DNA of 64,000 nucleotides from an uncultured Alphaproteobacteria bacterium (GTDB lineage Bacteria; Pseudomonadota; Alphaproteobacteria; Rhizobiales; Beijerinckiaceae), in NCBI GenBank assembly GCA_963706215.1, contig OY970154.1, positions 2,190,243 to 2,254,242 on the forward strand, in the 5' to 3' direction. The position numbers were made by a program, and so were the translations under genes. The notes beneath the pieces were generated by a model. It was not told where the DNA came from and did no database searches. It saw only the letters and a program-made list of their open reading frames with translations. This document shows, piece by piece, positions 42,141-54,096 of this stretch (positions are counted from its first letter, which is position 1; every line of letters begins with the position of its first letter).

Positions 42141-42875
42141 TTGATGTGGAAATCGCGTCGCATCAATGCATCACCTCAATTGCCGGAAGGGCTGCGCATT
42201 TACGCGGTCGGCGATGTCCACGGTAGGGCGGATTTGCTCGCGCAGTTGTTTTCACGGGTGGATGAGGATCTCAAGGAACACCCAATAGCCGAAACTATTC
42301 ACATCTTCCTCGGCGACTATATCGACCGCGGGCAAAACTCCGCGGCCGTTTTGGATTTGTTGATCGAACGCGCCCGAACCCATCGCATGTCGTGCCTCAA
42401 GGGCAATCATGAACTCTTTCTTTCCGAATTTCTCGAAAATCCCGGCGTTCTCAAGCATTGGGCGCAATATGGCGCCTTGCCGACGCTCGCCTCTTACGGC
42501 CTGACGCCGACAACAAATGCGGATCCCAAGGAACAGGCGGAGCTCTCCGCGGGCCTGGCTAACGCCATACCCAAAAGCCACAGTCAGTTTCTCGCCGGGC
42601 TAAAGCTCCGTTTCACCTGCGGGGATTTTTTCTTTGTGCATGCGGGGGTGCGGCCCGGCACGCGCCTGTCGCGCCAACGCGAGGAAGATCTGCTTTGGAT
42701 AAGAGATGAATTTTTGTTGCACGAGGAGCCGTTCGAAAAAATTATCGTCCATGGCCACACCCCGGTCTGGGAACCAGACGTGCGGAACAACCGCATCAAC
42801 ATCGACACGGGCGCTTATTTGACCGGCCGGTTGACATGTTTGAGACTGGAACGCGATAGAATTGAATTCGTTTAA
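42141..42875 (+). CDS. Metallophosphoesterase (Ser/Thr protein phosphatase-like)
   Basis: GDVHG, GDYIDRG, GNHE, VHAG, HGHTP, IDTGA. Confidence 0.93.
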   Translation: MMWKSRRINASPQLPEGLRIYAVGDVHGRADLLAQLFSRVDEDLKEHPIAETIHIFLGDYIDRGQNSAAVLDLLIERARTHRMSCLKGNHELFLSEFLENPGVLKHWAQYGALPTLASYGLTPTTNADPKEQAELSAGLANAIPKSHSQFLAGLKLRFTCGDFFFVHAGVRPGTRLSRQREEDLLWIRDEFLLHEEPFEKIIVHGHTPVWEPDVRNNRINIDTGAYLTGRLTCLRLERDRIEFV

Positions 42876-42959
42876 GGAATTATCCGGTTTGGCGGGACCG
42901 GATCATGTTCTAAACTGTCCGCTTCCGAGCGATTTTTGGTTTCCCCGTTCGCAAATCAT

Positions 42960-43734
42960 GCTCCGGCCGTATCGAACAGGATCGTTGACGCCGGACCCAT
43001 CCGACCCCCGGTTCCAGGCGCTCCTGGCAAGGCTAGATCTCATGTTCTCATCGGCGCCCATGAGGCTGCGCACGGCGCTCCTGATCTTTGGCATCGGTCT
43101 CGGACTATCCGGGCTTTGGATGTTGCTTCCGGAGTTGCCGAGGCCGAAGCCCGCCGACCTTCCATTCGATCGCAACGGCGCCGGAGCAGCCGCCGCGCGC
43201 CGGAGCCGCGCGGTTCTTGCCGCGGAAATCGGCGTGATTAGGGGAGATTTTTGGGCCGAAGCCGCATTCACCGGCGCGCGGTTCATGAGGACCGATCGCT
43301 CGACCAGTCTCGGCCGGACCAATTCCGGACATCTCGCGCGGGCCAGAGCCAACACGGAGACGGCCCTAGCGCTCGCCCCGGTCAATGGCGCGGCAGTGCT
43401 TTTTTTGGCGAGACGTCCGGCAAGTTCGCAGGATGGCGAGAACCGCGTTGGGGCTCTTCTCGAAATGTCGTATTTCGCCGCGCCGAGTGCCTTGGACCTC
43501 GCCCCCCGGCGCCTCGAACGCGCGGCAACCTTAAGCGCGCTCGCGAACAAGGACCTCCAGGCGTTCGTCAAGAGCGATATTCGCGCGATTCTGGATCGCG
43601 GGCCAGAATTTCAACAAGCGATGATGGCCGCCGATCGCAACGCCTGGCCGCGGAACCAGCCTATTTTCAAATCTCTTGTGGCCGATGCCGATCCGGCCGC
43701 AGCCCAATTGCTTCCCTCCGGCCAGCCAAAATGA
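42960..43734 (+). CDS. Hypothetical membrane-anchored protein
   Basis: Long ORF with one hydrophobic helix (LLIFGIGLGLSGLWMLL) and a helical periplasmic part; start uncertain. Confidence 0.55.
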
Positions 43735-43918
43735 GAGCGGTTGGCCAGCCGCGGCGGCTTCCTGAAAAACCGGTGTTACATTTGCTTGTCCTTCAAGTCC
43801 CGCGGGGCTCGACGTTTAAGCTCGCGCCGCGGGCCGAGTCGCGAAGGCCGCGCCCACCCGCAAGGCCAAGCGAATCCGTTCCTTCCCGCCAATTCCGCAA
43901 TAGCCAAGGGCAGCAGCG

Positions 43919-45136
43919 ATGAAAAAGATCAGGGTCGAAAATCCCGTTGTCGAACTCGATGGCGACGAAATGGCGCGGATTATTTGGCATTATATACGCG
44001 ACAAGCTCATTCATCCTTACCTCGATATCGAACTCGAATATTACGATCTCTCGATCGAAAACCGCGACGCGACGAACGATCGGATCACGGTGGAGGCCGC
44101 CAATGCCATTAAAAAACACGGCGCTGGCGTCAAATGTGCCACCATCACTCCGGACGAAGCCCGGATGGAAGAGTTCAAGCTGAAGCAAATGTGGAAATCG
44201 CCGAACGGCACGATCCGCAACATTCTCGGCGGCGTGATCTTCCGCGAGCCTATTATTTGCCAAAATGTGCCGCGCCTCGTGCCCGGCTGGACGCGGCCGA
44301 TCGTCATCGGCCGCCACGCTTTCGGCGACCAATATAGCGCGACCGATTTCAAGGTTCCCGGCAAAGGCCGCCTCGTCATCAGGTTCGAGGGCGACGATGG
44401 CACGATCATCGAACGAAAAGTGTACGACTATCCGGGTCCAGGCGTTTCCCTGGCGATGTATAACCTCGACGAGTCGATCCGCGATTTTGCCCGCGCTTCG
44501 ATGAATTTCGGGCTCATGCGTGAATATCCGGTCTATCTATCGACGAAGAACACGATTTTGAAATCCTATGACGGGCGCTTCAAGGATCTGTTCCAGGAAA
44601 TTTACGAAACCGAATTCAAAGATGCGTTCGGCGAGGCTGGAATCAGCTACGAGCATCGCCTTATCGACGACATGGTCGCCTCTTCGCTCAAATGGTCCGG
44701 CGGCTATGTCTGGGCCTGCAAGAACTACGACGGCGACGTCCAGTCCGACATCGTCGCGCAGGGTTTTGGATCGCTCGGCCTCATGACATCGGTGCTGATG
44801 ACTCCGGACGGCAAGACGGTCGAAGCCGAGGCCGCGCACGGCACGGTGACCCGGCATTACCGCGAACATCAAAACGGCAAGGAGACATCGACCAATTCGA
44901 TCGCCTCGATTTTTGCCTGGACACGTGCATTGGCCCACCGCGCCAAGCTCGACGGCAATGCCGAACTTGCGAAATTCGCGCCAACTCTCGAAACGACTTG
45001 CGTCGCCACGGTGGAAGCCGGCCACATGACCAAGGACCTTGCCCTCCTTGTCGGCGCCGACCAGCGTTGGCTCTCAACGGCTGGTTTCCTCGACAAGGTC
45101 GGTGAAAATTTGCGTGCGCGCATGAGCGAAGCATAG
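43919..45136 (+). CDS. icd: NADP-dependent isocitrate dehydrogenase
   Basis: [47 protein letters not shown]. Confidence 0.98.
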   Translation: MKKIRVENPVVELDGDEMARIIWHYIRDKLIHPYLDIELEYYDLSIENRDATNDRITVEAANAIKKHGAGVKCATITPDEARMEEFKLKQMWKSPNGTIRNILGGVIFREPIICQNVPRLVPGWTRPIVIGRHAFGDQYSATDFKVPGKGRLVIRFEGDDGTIIERKVYDYPGPGVSLAMYNLDESIRDFARASMNFGLMREYPVYLSTKNTILKSYDGRFKDLFQEIYETEFKDAFGEAGISYEHRLIDDMVASSLKWSGGYVWACKNYDGDVQSDIVAQGFGSLGLMTSVLMTPDGKTVEAEAAHGTVTRHYREHQNGKETSTNSIASIFAWTRALAHRAKLDGNAELAKFAPTLETTCVATVEAGHMTKDLALLVGADQRWLSTAGFLDKVGENLRARMSEA

Positions 45137-45254
45137 GAAAAAGCGCGTCGGCGGGCGCCGGCTTTATGCGGGCCGCGCCAAGCTTCGCCGGTAACCAAAA
45201 ATCCGCTGGTCGCGAGCGATCTCGTCCTTTGGATCCAAGAATAGGGGAAGCGCA

Positions 45255-45356
45255 ATGACCAACGATGAGGATGACACGATGAAAATTGCGATCGCAATAG
45301 GAGCAATCCTTTTGATAATATGGGCGATAAGAATGACAATTATCGCCCTTAAATAG
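45255..45356 (+). CDS. Candidate 33-aa (or 25-aa from 45279) single-pass membrane peptide
   Basis: MTNDEDDTMKIAIAIGAILLIIWAIRMTIIALK*; AGGGGAAG before the first ATG and GAGGA before the second. Confidence 0.45.
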   Translation: MTNDEDDTMKIAIAIGAILLIIWAIRMTIIALK

Positions 45357-45770
45357 TACTGTTGCGCCGCGCTGTAGACCTTATTCTTGACGATGATCGC
45401 AGGCGTTCAGATGAAACTTCGTCCAATTCCTCTGTGGATTGAGACTTTCTTCAATATTGCCAATGGAATACTTCGCAGCGATGGCCTTGGCACATGAACG
45501 GCTTAGCCTTCAGCGCCGGTCGCCGAGCACTGACAGCAGGGGATGGCTCGACAAAGCCCTGCCGCTAACGGTCGCACAAGATTACTTTTGCGTCCCTTGA
45601 GGCGTGCGAGAGTACTTGTCATCCGGCGCCCAGCGCGCCGGTGTTACCGGCACTGGTGTGCCGGAGCATCCCGGCGAAGGTTCGCTCTTGCCAATGCTCG
45701 TCCGAAGTGGCAATCTCAGCCTCTAAATCGGGTCATCTGGTGGATGCCGGTTTAACAAGGGAGGTGGAAA

Positions 45771-45908
45771 ATGAAAACCGAAGTTTTGGTACTCATCGGA
45801 ATCTTTTGCGTGGTTGTCATAGCGATGATAGGACTCGCGGTTGTCGGGCTACCAACGGCGCCCGGCACGCCGGGATCGGCGTTCCCACCCACCATAAACG
45901 GACAGTGA
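45771..45908 (+). CDS. Candidate 45-aa single-pass membrane protein
   Basis: MKTEVLVLIGIFCVVVIAMIGLAVVGLPTAPGTPGSAFPPTINGQ*; strong RBS AAGGGAGGT. Confidence 0.6.
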   Translation: MKTEVLVLIGIFCVVVIAMIGLAVVGLPTAPGTPGSAFPPTINGQ

Positions 45909-46084
45909 CGTTACGTCCGCCGCATGAGTATCGCGGAGGTTGAGCGCGCGCTGGCGCCGCTTTTGAATTACGATCCGGCAAGCATGGACGAGGCGGCGGC
46001 GTGCGGGCCGTCGTCGTCTCGCCGCCACGCGGGCGTGCCGGGTTTGGCTCGGGTCTTCGCCGCTAGAAAAAAACCGCGGTGAAA

Positions 46085-46270
46085 AAACGTCTGTCGCCCC
46101 TCTTGACGCGCCTTGCCAACGATGGCGGCCTCAAAATCAGCAACAATGCCGCCGAGCGCGCCATTCGGCCAATCGCGCCCGGCGGCAAGAATTATTTCTT
46201 GCTGGTTCCGACGCCGGAGAACGGCGATCATCAACACCTCATCGAGACCGCCAAACTCAACGATGTCGAA
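46085..46270 (+). mobile_element. IS66-family TnpC C-terminal remnant
   Basis: LTRLANDGGLKISNNAAERAIRPIAPGGKNY...LIETAKLN. Confidence 0.85.
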
Positions 46271-46517
46271 GGAGCCCTCAGCAGTTCCCCTTCACGCGAG
46301 GCGTTCGAAAACGATCATGACCGCCGGGATCGCCCATTAACATTTCGCGCGTCAGGTTCCATGCCCCAGAAAGCCATGCGGGCGGCCGCCGCGCGCGCAA
46401 ACAAGCCTGCGCCGCGGCCGCGTAGCGCGGCGGAGTTTCACCGCCGCGCTACGCGAACCTCATGAATTTCGACCGGCGCACCAGCCGAGCCTGCCGGAGC
46501 GCGTCAGCCGGCTCGTT

Positions 46518-46796
46518 CTATTTGGTTCTCTTCGCGCCCGCTTCCACGGAGCAGTTCCCTTGGTCGTTGGGATGCGAATTCTCCCAGGTGGTGATCGACT
46601 GCGTCTCCGAGGCTGACATCCTCTTGCTCATGCATGCACAATAGGCTGCGACGACGGCCGCGGTCTGGCCCTCGCCTTGGTTGTCGGCCACGCATTGCGT
46701 GATCCTGGCGGCATCGTCGGCGGCAAAGGCTGGCCCAACTCCCGGCGCCATCGCAACGGCTGCGACGGCAATGAGGGCGATACGGCTGAATGTCAT
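46518..46796 (-). CDS. Small secreted four-cysteine hypothetical protein
   Basis: Signal peptide MTFSRIALIAVAAVAMAPGVGPAFA; C...YCAC...C. Confidence 0.75.
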   Translation of the reverse strand: MTFSRIALIAVAAVAMAPGVGPAFAADDAARITQCVADNQGEGQTAAVVAAYCACMSKRMSASETQSITTWENSHPNDQGNCSVEAGAKRTK

Positions 46797-47067
46797 CGTT
46801 CTGCTCCACTTGTGATGCGAGACGCCCCAGCGGCGCTCGGCTGAACTATCATCGGGCGCTTCCTTCGGCTCGCCCAGCTCGAGAGCGCCTTCCTCGTCCC
46901 GGTCGAACGGCAGGACGGCGTCGTAGATGACGGCCATATGCGGGGATTCCCCAGACGACTCCCGAACCGGCGCGAATACTAGCGGTTTTCCGGCGTCGCG
47001 GGAAGACCGGCGCGACGGCCGGCACACCGGGCAGGCTGATCTGTCGCACCGGGAGGGCGCTCCGGTT

Positions 47068-48732
47068 TCATTGGGCCCCCTCCAAAAGCCGCGCGGCCGC
47101 CGCCCGCGCCTCGTCGGTGATCGTCGCGCCGGCCAGCATACGGGCGATTTCCTCGCGCCGTGCCTCCTTTTCGAGAATTGCGACCCGGGTCGCGACGTGC
47201 CTGCCGCGACCGGCGGCAGCCTTGGCGATGCGGAAATGACCTCGCGCGCGGGCCGCGACTTGCGGCGCATGGGTCACGGCGAGCACCTGCACGCGAGCCG
47301 CGAGCCGCGCAAGCCGCTGGCCCATGGCATCGGCCACCGCGCCGCCAGCCCCCGTATCGATTTCATCAAAGACAAGGGTCGGAGCCGACCCTTGCTCGGC
47401 AAGAACCACTTTCAGGGCCAGCATGAAACGGGCAAGCTCGCCGCCGGAGGCGATTTTCATCAAGGGGCCAGGCCGTGTTCCGGGATTGGTTTGCACCCAA
47501 AACTCGACTTGATCGTAGCCGTCCGGGCCTTCCGGCTCGATGCGGAATTCGGTTGTGAAATGGGCGCCTTCGAGCCTGAGCGGTGCGAGTTCGGCGGTCA
47601 CTTCGGCATCGAGCCCGGCGGCGGCTTTCTTGCGCGCCTCCGACAACGCCCGCGCCGCCGACGCATAGGCGGACTCCGCAGCCTCGGCCTCTCGCGTTAA
47701 TTGCGATAGCCTTGCCTCCCCGGCGTCGAGGGCGGCAAGCTCGGCTGCGAATTTTTCGGCGCGCGAGGCGAGCGCATCGACGGAAACCCCATATTTGCGT
47801 CCCGCGGCGCGCAAGGCAAACAGCCTTTCTTCAACATGCTCCAATTCGCGCGGATCGAAATCAGCGTCCCGCAAGGCCTGATCGAGGGCTTGCCCCGCGA
47901 GATCGAGGGCGTTCAAGGCGGCATCGAGGGCCTCGGCGGCGGGCGCGATCAAGCCGGGCGCCTGAGCCTGACGCCGCTGGAGCCTGCGCAGCGCGGCGGA
48001 GAGAGCAGGCATTGGCGAATACTCGCCCGTCACCGTCGCGTGGACATCGCGCAGTTCGGCCGCGACCTTCTCGGCCTGCATTATGATGGAGCGGCGCTCG
48101 GCGAGCGCGGCTTCTTCGCCAGGTTCGGCGGCAAGCCCCGTCAACTCGCCGGAAGCGTGGCGCAGGTACGCAGCTTCCTCCCGCGCATTTTCGACCCGCG
48201 CCTGTTCGCGGGTGCGCGCGGCCTTGAGACCGCGCACCCGCGCATGGGCGGCGCGCACTTCGGCAGCCGCAAGGTTCAAGCCGCCAAAGGCATCGACCAG
48301 TTGGCGATGCGTGCCTGGATTGACCAGCGCGCGGTCGTCGTGCTGGCCATGAATTTCGACCAGCTCGCGGGCGATCGCCCGCAATGCCTGCGTGGTCGTC
48401 CGCTGATCGTTGACGAAAGCGCGGCTGCGGCCATCCGCCAATTGCAGGCGCCGCAAAATAAGGCTGCCGGCGGTTTCGATGTCTTGTGCCTTCGCCGCGA
48501 CCACCGCCGGGTGGTCCTCGGCAAGTTCGAAAGCCGCGCTGACTTGACCTTGCGCCGCGCCGTGGCGAACCAAGCCGCCGTCGCCCCGGGCGCCAAGCGC
48601 CAGCGAAAACGCGTCGAGAAGAATCGATTTGCCGGCGCCCGTTTCGCCGGTCAAAATGGTAAGGCCACGGTCGAATACGAGATCAAGCTTGTCGATCAAA
48701 ACGATGTCGCGGATGGACAGTTGAACGAGCAT
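47068..48732 (-). CDS. recN: DNA repair protein RecN
   Basis: TGETGAGKS, IHGQH, ASGGELAR, FDEIDTG, VTHAPQVAA. Confidence 0.97.
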   Translation of the reverse strand: MLVQLSIRDIVLIDKLDLVFDRGLTILTGETGAGKSILLDAFSLALGARGDGGLVRHGAAQGQVSAAFELAEDHPAVVAAKAQDIETAGSLILRRLQLADGRSRAFVNDQRTTTQALRAIARELVEIHGQHDDRALVNPGTHRQLVDAFGGLNLAAAEVRAAHARVRGLKAARTREQARVENAREEAAYLRHASGELTGLAAEPGEEAALAERRSIIMQAEKVAAELRDVHATVTGEYSPMPALSAALRRLQRRQAQAPGLIAPAAEALDAALNALDLAGQALDQALRDADFDPRELEHVEERLFALRAAGRKYGVSVDALASRAEKFAAELAALDAGEARLSQLTREAEAAESAYASAARALSEARKKAAAGLDAEVTAELAPLRLEGAHFTTEFRIEPEGPDGYDQVEFWVQTNPGTRPGPLMKIASGGELARFMLALKVVLAEQGSAPTLVFDEIDTGAGGAVADAMGQRLARLAARVQVLAVTHAPQVAARARGHFRIAKAAAGRGRHVATRVAILEKEARREEIARMLAGATITDEARAAAARLLEGAQ

Positions 48733-48953
48733 GGGGTCGAGGGGCTCCCCGATGCGCCCTCAGATGGCGCGGCTCTTTCATGTTTTATGGCAACGGGAAA
48801 GAGTTTCAACTCGTCGATTTAACGCATTTCCTGGCCGTGCGGCGGACTTTCTTCCAGGAGAGCAGAGACACGTCAATAACAAATGCCCCGGACCGTGAAT
48901 TTTCCCGCGATCACAATCCATGGAAGAGGTTTCCGGCGGCCTCCGGCCGCGCC

Positions 48954-49868
48954 TTAGCCGAGGCCCACTTTGCGGAACGCTTTCGATATCCAGGACCCCT
49001 GGTCCTCATGCGGCTGCAGCCCGCCTTCTTGGAGCAGCGCATAAGCATCCTTGTACCAGACCGACCCCGGGAAATTGTGCCCTAAAACAGCGGCGGCGGT
49101 CTGTGCTTCGTTCGGGATGCCAAGCGCGAGATAGGCCTCGGTCAGCCGCAGCAGGGCTTCCTCGGCGTGCCGGGTCGTCTGATACTTGAACAGAACCTCG
49201 CGGAAGCGGTTGATCGCCGCCGGATAATCATGCTGGTTGAGATAATAGCGTCCGACCAGCATCTCCTTGCCGGCGAGCTGGTCGCGGGCGACTTGAAGCT
49301 TGTAGCGCGCATCGTCGGCATATTCCGACTTCGGGAATTTCTCGGTGATCAGGGTGAATATTTCCAGAGCCTTTGCCGCCCGGTCCTGATCGCGGTTTAT
49401 GTCCGGGATCTGATTGTAATAGGACATCCCCTCGAGATAGTAGGCATAATCGACGTCCGGAGAGGACGGGAACAAGCCGATATAGCGCTTCGCCGACGCA
49501 ATGGCGTCGTCGTAACTGGCGTTTTGATATTGGCTGAAGGTGGTCATCAAAATCCCTTTTCTTTGCCATTGCGAATAGGGATATTGCTTTTCGACCTCGG
49601 CGAATTTTTTGGCCGCGCCGTCGTAATCCTTGGATTGCAGCCGGGCGAGCCCTTGATTGTAGAGATCGCCCGCCGGGACATCGGGCACGATCTTGGTTTC
49701 GTATTTTTCGCCGGAAAACCAGTTAAAGGGATTGAGTGAATCCAACCAGGAGTCCGCGGAGGCCGGGAGGGACAGGGACACCGCCGCCGTCACCGCGGCC
49801 ACACGAATCAATAGCAGGCCCGCGGCGCCTCGCCACGGCTTTCGCGTCTTCCTAAAGGCGGTGTTCAT
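48954..49868 (-). CDS. bamD: Outer membrane protein assembly factor BamD
   Basis: TPR-like helices, [29 protein letters not shown]; directly upstream of recN; start uncertain. Confidence 0.93.
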   Translation of the reverse strand: MNTAFRKTRKPWRGAAGLLLIRVAAVTAAVSLSLPASADSWLDSLNPFNWFSGEKYETKIVPDVPAGDLYNQGLARLQSKDYDGAAKKFAEVEKQYPYSQWQRKGILMTTFSQYQNASYDDAIASAKRYIGLFPSSPDVDYAYYLEGMSYYNQIPDINRDQDRAAKALEIFTLITEKFPKSEYADDARYKLQVARDQLAGKEMLVGRYYLNQHDYPAAINRFREVLFKYQTTRHAEEALLRLTEAYLALGIPNEAQTAAAVLGHNFPGSVWYKDAYALLQEGGLQPHEDQGSWISKAFRKVGLG

Positions 49869-50133
49869 ACGCTCTGCTCTCGCAAATAAACCAACCCCGG
49901 CCGCGACCGTTCTATCGCAACCATCGCCGCCGCGCCAGCCTCCTGTCGGTCCGCAAAATAGCATAAATGTGGCGGAAAATTCTCAAACTTGGTCCGGCGG
50001 CGAGCGGTCGCGGCCTCCGCATCGATTTGGATCGGCAAGCTACATGGTATTTTGTAGCACCCTTGACGAATCCTCCCGGTCATGTGCCATGCGCCGGCGT
50101 GGGATTTCGCCGCGCCTGCCCGGGAGGATTTCG

Positions 50134-51162
50134 ATGGCCTTGAACGTCGCCGTCCAGATGGACCCGATCGACAAGATCAATATCGCGGGCGATTCGACCT
50201 TCGCGCTCCTGCTCGAGGCGCGTGCGCGGGGACATCGGCTATCTTACTACACTCCCGACAAGCTTTCGCTGCGCGGCGGCCGGGTCGTGGCGGAGACGGC
50301 TCCGGTCGAGGTCCGCGATGTCGTCGGCGATCATTTCACCCTGGGCGGCACAAGAGCGACGGATCTCGCAGCGTTCGAGGTCGTGCTTTTGCGTCAGGAT
50401 CCACCATTCGATCTCGCCTATATCACCTCGACGCACCTGCTTGAGCATTTGCAGCCAAGGGTCCTGATCGTCAATGATCCGGCCGGCGTGCGCAACGCGC
50501 CGGAGAAGCTTTTTGTCATGAATTTTCCGCGCCTTATGCCGCCGACCTTGATCACCCGCGACAAATCGGCCATCGAGGAATTTCTTGCCGAGCACGGCGA
50601 ATCCGTGATGAAGCCCTTGCATGGCTACGGCGGCGCGGCGGTGTTCAAGATTGCCCGCGGCGATCCAAACTTTGGCTCGCTTTATGACCTCTTCGCGGCG
50701 AGTTTTCGCGAGCCATGGGTGGTGCAGCGCTTTCTGCCGCAGGTGGCAGGTGGCGACAAGCGCATCATCCTCGTCGAGGGCGTGGCGGCGGGCGCGGTCA
50801 ACCGGGTGCCGGCCGGAAACGACATCCGCGCGAACCTGGCGCGTGGCGCCACCGCGTCGGCGGCCGAGTTTACGCCGCGCGAGCGGGAAATTTGCGCGGT
50901 GATCGGCCCCGAGCTGAAACGGCGCGGCTTGCTTTTTGCCGGCATCGACGTCATCGACGGCAATCTGACCGAGATCAACGTGACCTCGCCGACCGGGATC
51001 CGGGCGATCAAACGGCTCGGCGGTCCGGATCTCGCCGTCGCGATCTGGGATGCGATCGAAGCAAAATTGCGCCTCGGCTCGGGCTTGTCATTCACGGAAA
51101 CGGAAACCACCTTGGAAGAATCGCGAGGGATCCGCCTATCGCCTGGCCATCGGAATCCATGA
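50134..51162 (+). CDS. gshB: Glutathione synthetase
   Basis: [39 protein letters not shown]. Confidence 0.96.
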   Translation: MALNVAVQMDPIDKINIAGDSTFALLLEARARGHRLSYYTPDKLSLRGGRVVAETAPVEVRDVVGDHFTLGGTRATDLAAFEVVLLRQDPPFDLAYITSTHLLEHLQPRVLIVNDPAGVRNAPEKLFVMNFPRLMPPTLITRDKSAIEEFLAEHGESVMKPLHGYGGAAVFKIARGDPNFGSLYDLFAASFREPWVVQRFLPQVAGGDKRIILVEGVAAGAVNRVPAGNDIRANLARGATASAAEFTPREREICAVIGPELKRRGLLFAGIDVIDGNLTEINVTSPTGIRAIKRLGGPDLAVAIWDAIEAKLRLGSGLSFTETETTLEESRGIRLSPGHRNP

Positions 51163-53981
51163 ACGCCATGCTCGAGACAGCGTCGCCGGTCCAGCCCCGG
51201 CGCTATCGGATCAACTTGCCGCATGGGGCCTATTTCCATCGCGCGGGCCTGCGCGGCAAAATCGCGGCGCTCCATGCGGGGGGCGAGCCGTCTCACATCG
51301 CGCGCCAGCAAACGGTCGCGCTTTTTCGCGCCGCCTTGGACCAAGGCCGCGCGCTCGCCCTCGAAACGTTCTTGGCCAACGGGGGTGGCCTCGCCTGCGC
51401 CGGTCATTTCGCCCATATCGAAGACGAGCTGATCCGCGAGATTTTCAATTATGTGACGGCCTATGTTCATCCGGCCGCAAACGGCCCGGCCGGCGCACCC
51501 TTCGTGATCGCGGCGGTGGGCGGCTACGGGCGGGCGACCCTTGCGCCGGGTTCAGACATCGATCTCCTTTTTCTGCTCTCTCCCGCGGCGCGGCCGCGCG
51601 GAGAACGCATCGCCGAGGCGATCCTCTATATGCTTTGGGATCTCGGCCAAAAAGTCGGCCATTCGACCCGCTTGGTCAAGGAATGCCTGGTTCAGGCCCG
51701 CAAAGACATGACCGTCCGCACGGCGCTCCTTGAAGCGCGCCTTATTCTCGGCGACAGCGGGCTTTTCGAAGCCATGCGGACGCGGTTCGAGCGCAAGATC
51801 GTGCAAGGAAGGGCCGCCGAATTCGTCGCGGCGAAGCTTGCCGAACGCGACAGCCGCATCGCGCAGGCCGGCCGCTCGCGCTATCTCGTCGAGCCAAATG
51901 TCAAGGACGGCAAAGGCGGCCTCCGGGACCTCAACACATTGTTTTGGATCGCCAAATACGTCTACCGGCTGCGCGAATCGGCCGATCTCGTCGGCGCCGG
52001 CGTGTTTTCGCGTTCTGAATATAAACTGTTTTGCCGTTGCGAGGAGTTTCTCTGGCGTGTCCGCTGCCATCTCCATTTTTTAACCGGCCGGGCGGAAGAA
52101 AGACTGAGCTTCGACCATCAACGCCGGATCGCGGACCGGCTCGGCTATTCGACGCGAGGCGGCCTCGCCAGCGTCGAGCGGTTCATGAAACATTACTTCC
52201 TGATCGCCAAGGATGTCGGCGATTTGACCGCGATCGTCTGCGCCGCGCTCGAAGAAAAGCAAGCCAAACCAAACGCGAGGCTCGACCGGTTCCGGCCTTG
52301 GCGGCGCAAGCGGGCGGCCATAGCGACCGGAGATTTCGAAGTTGAAAATGGCCGCGTCACGGTCACCGGACCAGAGGTCTTCGCCCGCGATCCGGTCAAT
52401 TTCATCAGGCTGTTCTGGGTCGCCGACCGCAATGGCCTCGCGATCCACCCGGACGCGACAAGGCACGTCACCCGGGCACTGAAACGTATCGACGCGACGT
52501 TGCGTGCCGATCCCGAAGCGAACCGGCTGTTTCTTGACATATTGACCTCGCGCCATGAGCCCGAAATCGTGCTCCGGCTCATGAACGAAGCCGGCGTTCT
52601 CGGGCGCTTCATCCCGGAATTCGGCCGCATCGTCGCGCTCATGCAATTCAACATGTATCATCACTACACGGTCGATGAGCATCTCTTGCGCGCGGTGGGA
52701 AACCTCGCCGAGATCGAAGCGCAGAGGCTTGCCGCGGACCATCCCCTGGCGAGTGAAATTCTGCCGTCGATCGCCAACCGGAGGGTGCTGTTTCTCGCGC
52801 TTTTTCTGCACGATATCGCCAAGGGGCGGATGGAAGATCATGTGAGCGCCGGTGCGGCTGTCGCGCGCGCGCTCTGTCCGCGTCTCGGCCTCACGGAAGC
52901 AGAAACCGAAACGGTCGCGTGGCTTATCGAGACCCATTTGATCATGTCGGATACGGCGCAGCGGCGCGATCTTGGCGACGCGAAAACGATTGCGACCTTC
53001 GCCAGGCGCGTGCAGACCCTTGAACGCCTCAAAATGCTGTTGGTCCTCACCGTTTGCGACATCCGCGCTGTGGGGCCCGGGGTCTGGAACAACTGGAAGG
53101 CCGAACTCCTGCGCACCCTCTATTGGGAGACCGAGGTGGAGCTCTCGGGCGGTCACTCCGCGACCGATCGCAAACAGCGCGTCGCCCAGGCACGCGGGGA
53201 ACTGCGCCGCGCGCTGCCGAAGTGGCCGGACCTCGATTTCGAGGCCTATGCCGCGCGTCTTCCCCAAGCCTATTGGCTAAAGGCCACACTGGAGCAGAAG
53301 CTTCTTCACGCCAAACTTTTGAACATGACCGAAGTCGAGATACCCGCGCCGATAACCGATATCCTCGTTGACCGGAACCGGAGCGTAACCGGATTGACCG
53401 TCATTGCGCCCGACCATGCAAGGCTTTTATCCACCGTCGCCGGTGCATGCGCGGCAACCGGAGCCAATATTGTCGATGCGCAGGTTTTTACGACGGCCGA
53501 CGGCATGGCGCTCGACACAATTTTTGTTTCGCGCGCTTTCCAATACGACGAAGACGAGTTGCGCCGGGCGGGCAGCATCGTGCTCGCAATCGAGCGCGCG
53601 CTCAGCGGACAAGTCAGGCTGCGGGACATGGTCGCCGCAAGGACGCGGCAGGCCGGAGAGGACCGCGATGTTTTTCGCATCCATCCGGAAGTATCAATCG
53701 ACAATACGCTTTCCAACCGCTTCACGGTTGTCGAAGTGACCGGCCTCGATCGGCCTGGCCTGCTCTATGAATTGACGGCGATGATGTCCAGGCTCAGCCT
53801 CAACATAGCCTCGGCCCATATCGCGACATTCGGCGAAAAGGCGGCGGACGTGTTTTATGTGACCGATCTTACCGGGGAGAAAATTACTTCCGCGCATAGG
53901 CAAGAAGCGATTCGGCGGGCAATTTTGGGAGTTTTCGATCCGGCCGAGGACGCGTCCGTCATCCCGGACAGCGGGTTCTGA
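51159..53981 (+). CDS. glnD: [Protein-PII] uridylyltransferase
   Basis: [42 protein letters not shown], two ACT domains; ATGA overlap with gshB. Confidence 0.97.
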   Translation: MNAMLETASPVQPRRYRINLPHGAYFHRAGLRGKIAALHAGGEPSHIARQQTVALFRAALDQGRALALETFLANGGGLACAGHFAHIEDELIREIFNYVTAYVHPAANGPAGAPFVIAAVGGYGRATLAPGSDIDLLFLLSPAARPRGERIAEAILYMLWDLGQKVGHSTRLVKECLVQARKDMTVRTALLEARLILGDSGLFEAMRTRFERKIVQGRAAEFVAAKLAERDSRIAQAGRSRYLVEPNVKDGKGGLRDLNTLFWIAKYVYRLRESADLVGAGVFSRSEYKLFCRCEEFLWRVRCHLHFLTGRAEERLSFDHQRRIADRLGYSTRGGLASVERFMKHYFLIAKDVGDLTAIVCAALEEKQAKPNARLDRFRPWRRKRAAIATGDFEVENGRVTVTGPEVFARDPVNFIRLFWVADRNGLAIHPDATRHVTRALKRIDATLRADPEANRLFLDILTSRHEPEIVLRLMNEAGVLGRFIPEFGRIVALMQFNMYHHYTVDEHLLRAVGNLAEIEAQRLAADHPLASEILPSIANRRVLFLALFLHDIAKGRMEDHVSAGAAVARALCPRLGLTEAETETVAWLIETHLIMSDTAQRRDLGDAKTIATFARRVQTLERLKMLLVLTVCDIRAVGPGVWNNWKAELLRTLYWETEVELSGGHSATDRKQRVAQARGELRRALPKWPDLDFEAYAARLPQAYWLKATLEQKLLHAKLLNMTEVEIPAPITDILVDRNRSVTGLTVIAPDHARLLSTVAGACAATGANIVDAQVFTTADGMALDTIFVSRAFQYDEDELRRAGSIVLAIERALSGQVRLRDMVAARTRQAGEDRDVFRIHPEVSIDNTLSNRFTVVEVTGLDRPGLLYELTAMMSRLSLNIASAHIATFGEKAADVFYVTDLTGEKITSAHRQEAIRRAILGVFDPAEDASVIPDSGF

Positions 53982-54096
53982 CATCTTCCGGGGATCGCGA
54001 TCTTGCGCGAATCGCGGAGGGTCGCGGCGGGACCTTGATTTTGGTAGGCAATATACTGATGTCCCGGCGTGGTTTGTCATTTATCAAAGAGCGATC

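Noticed and set aside
45415-45501. 28-aa ORF MKLRPIPLWIETFFNIANGILRSDGLGT
   Set aside because: No ribosome-binding site and no distinctive composition.
54030-54062. CIRCE or RpoH promoter for grpE
   Set aside because: No TTAGCACTC repeat; CTTGAT is present but the -10 element is unconvincing.
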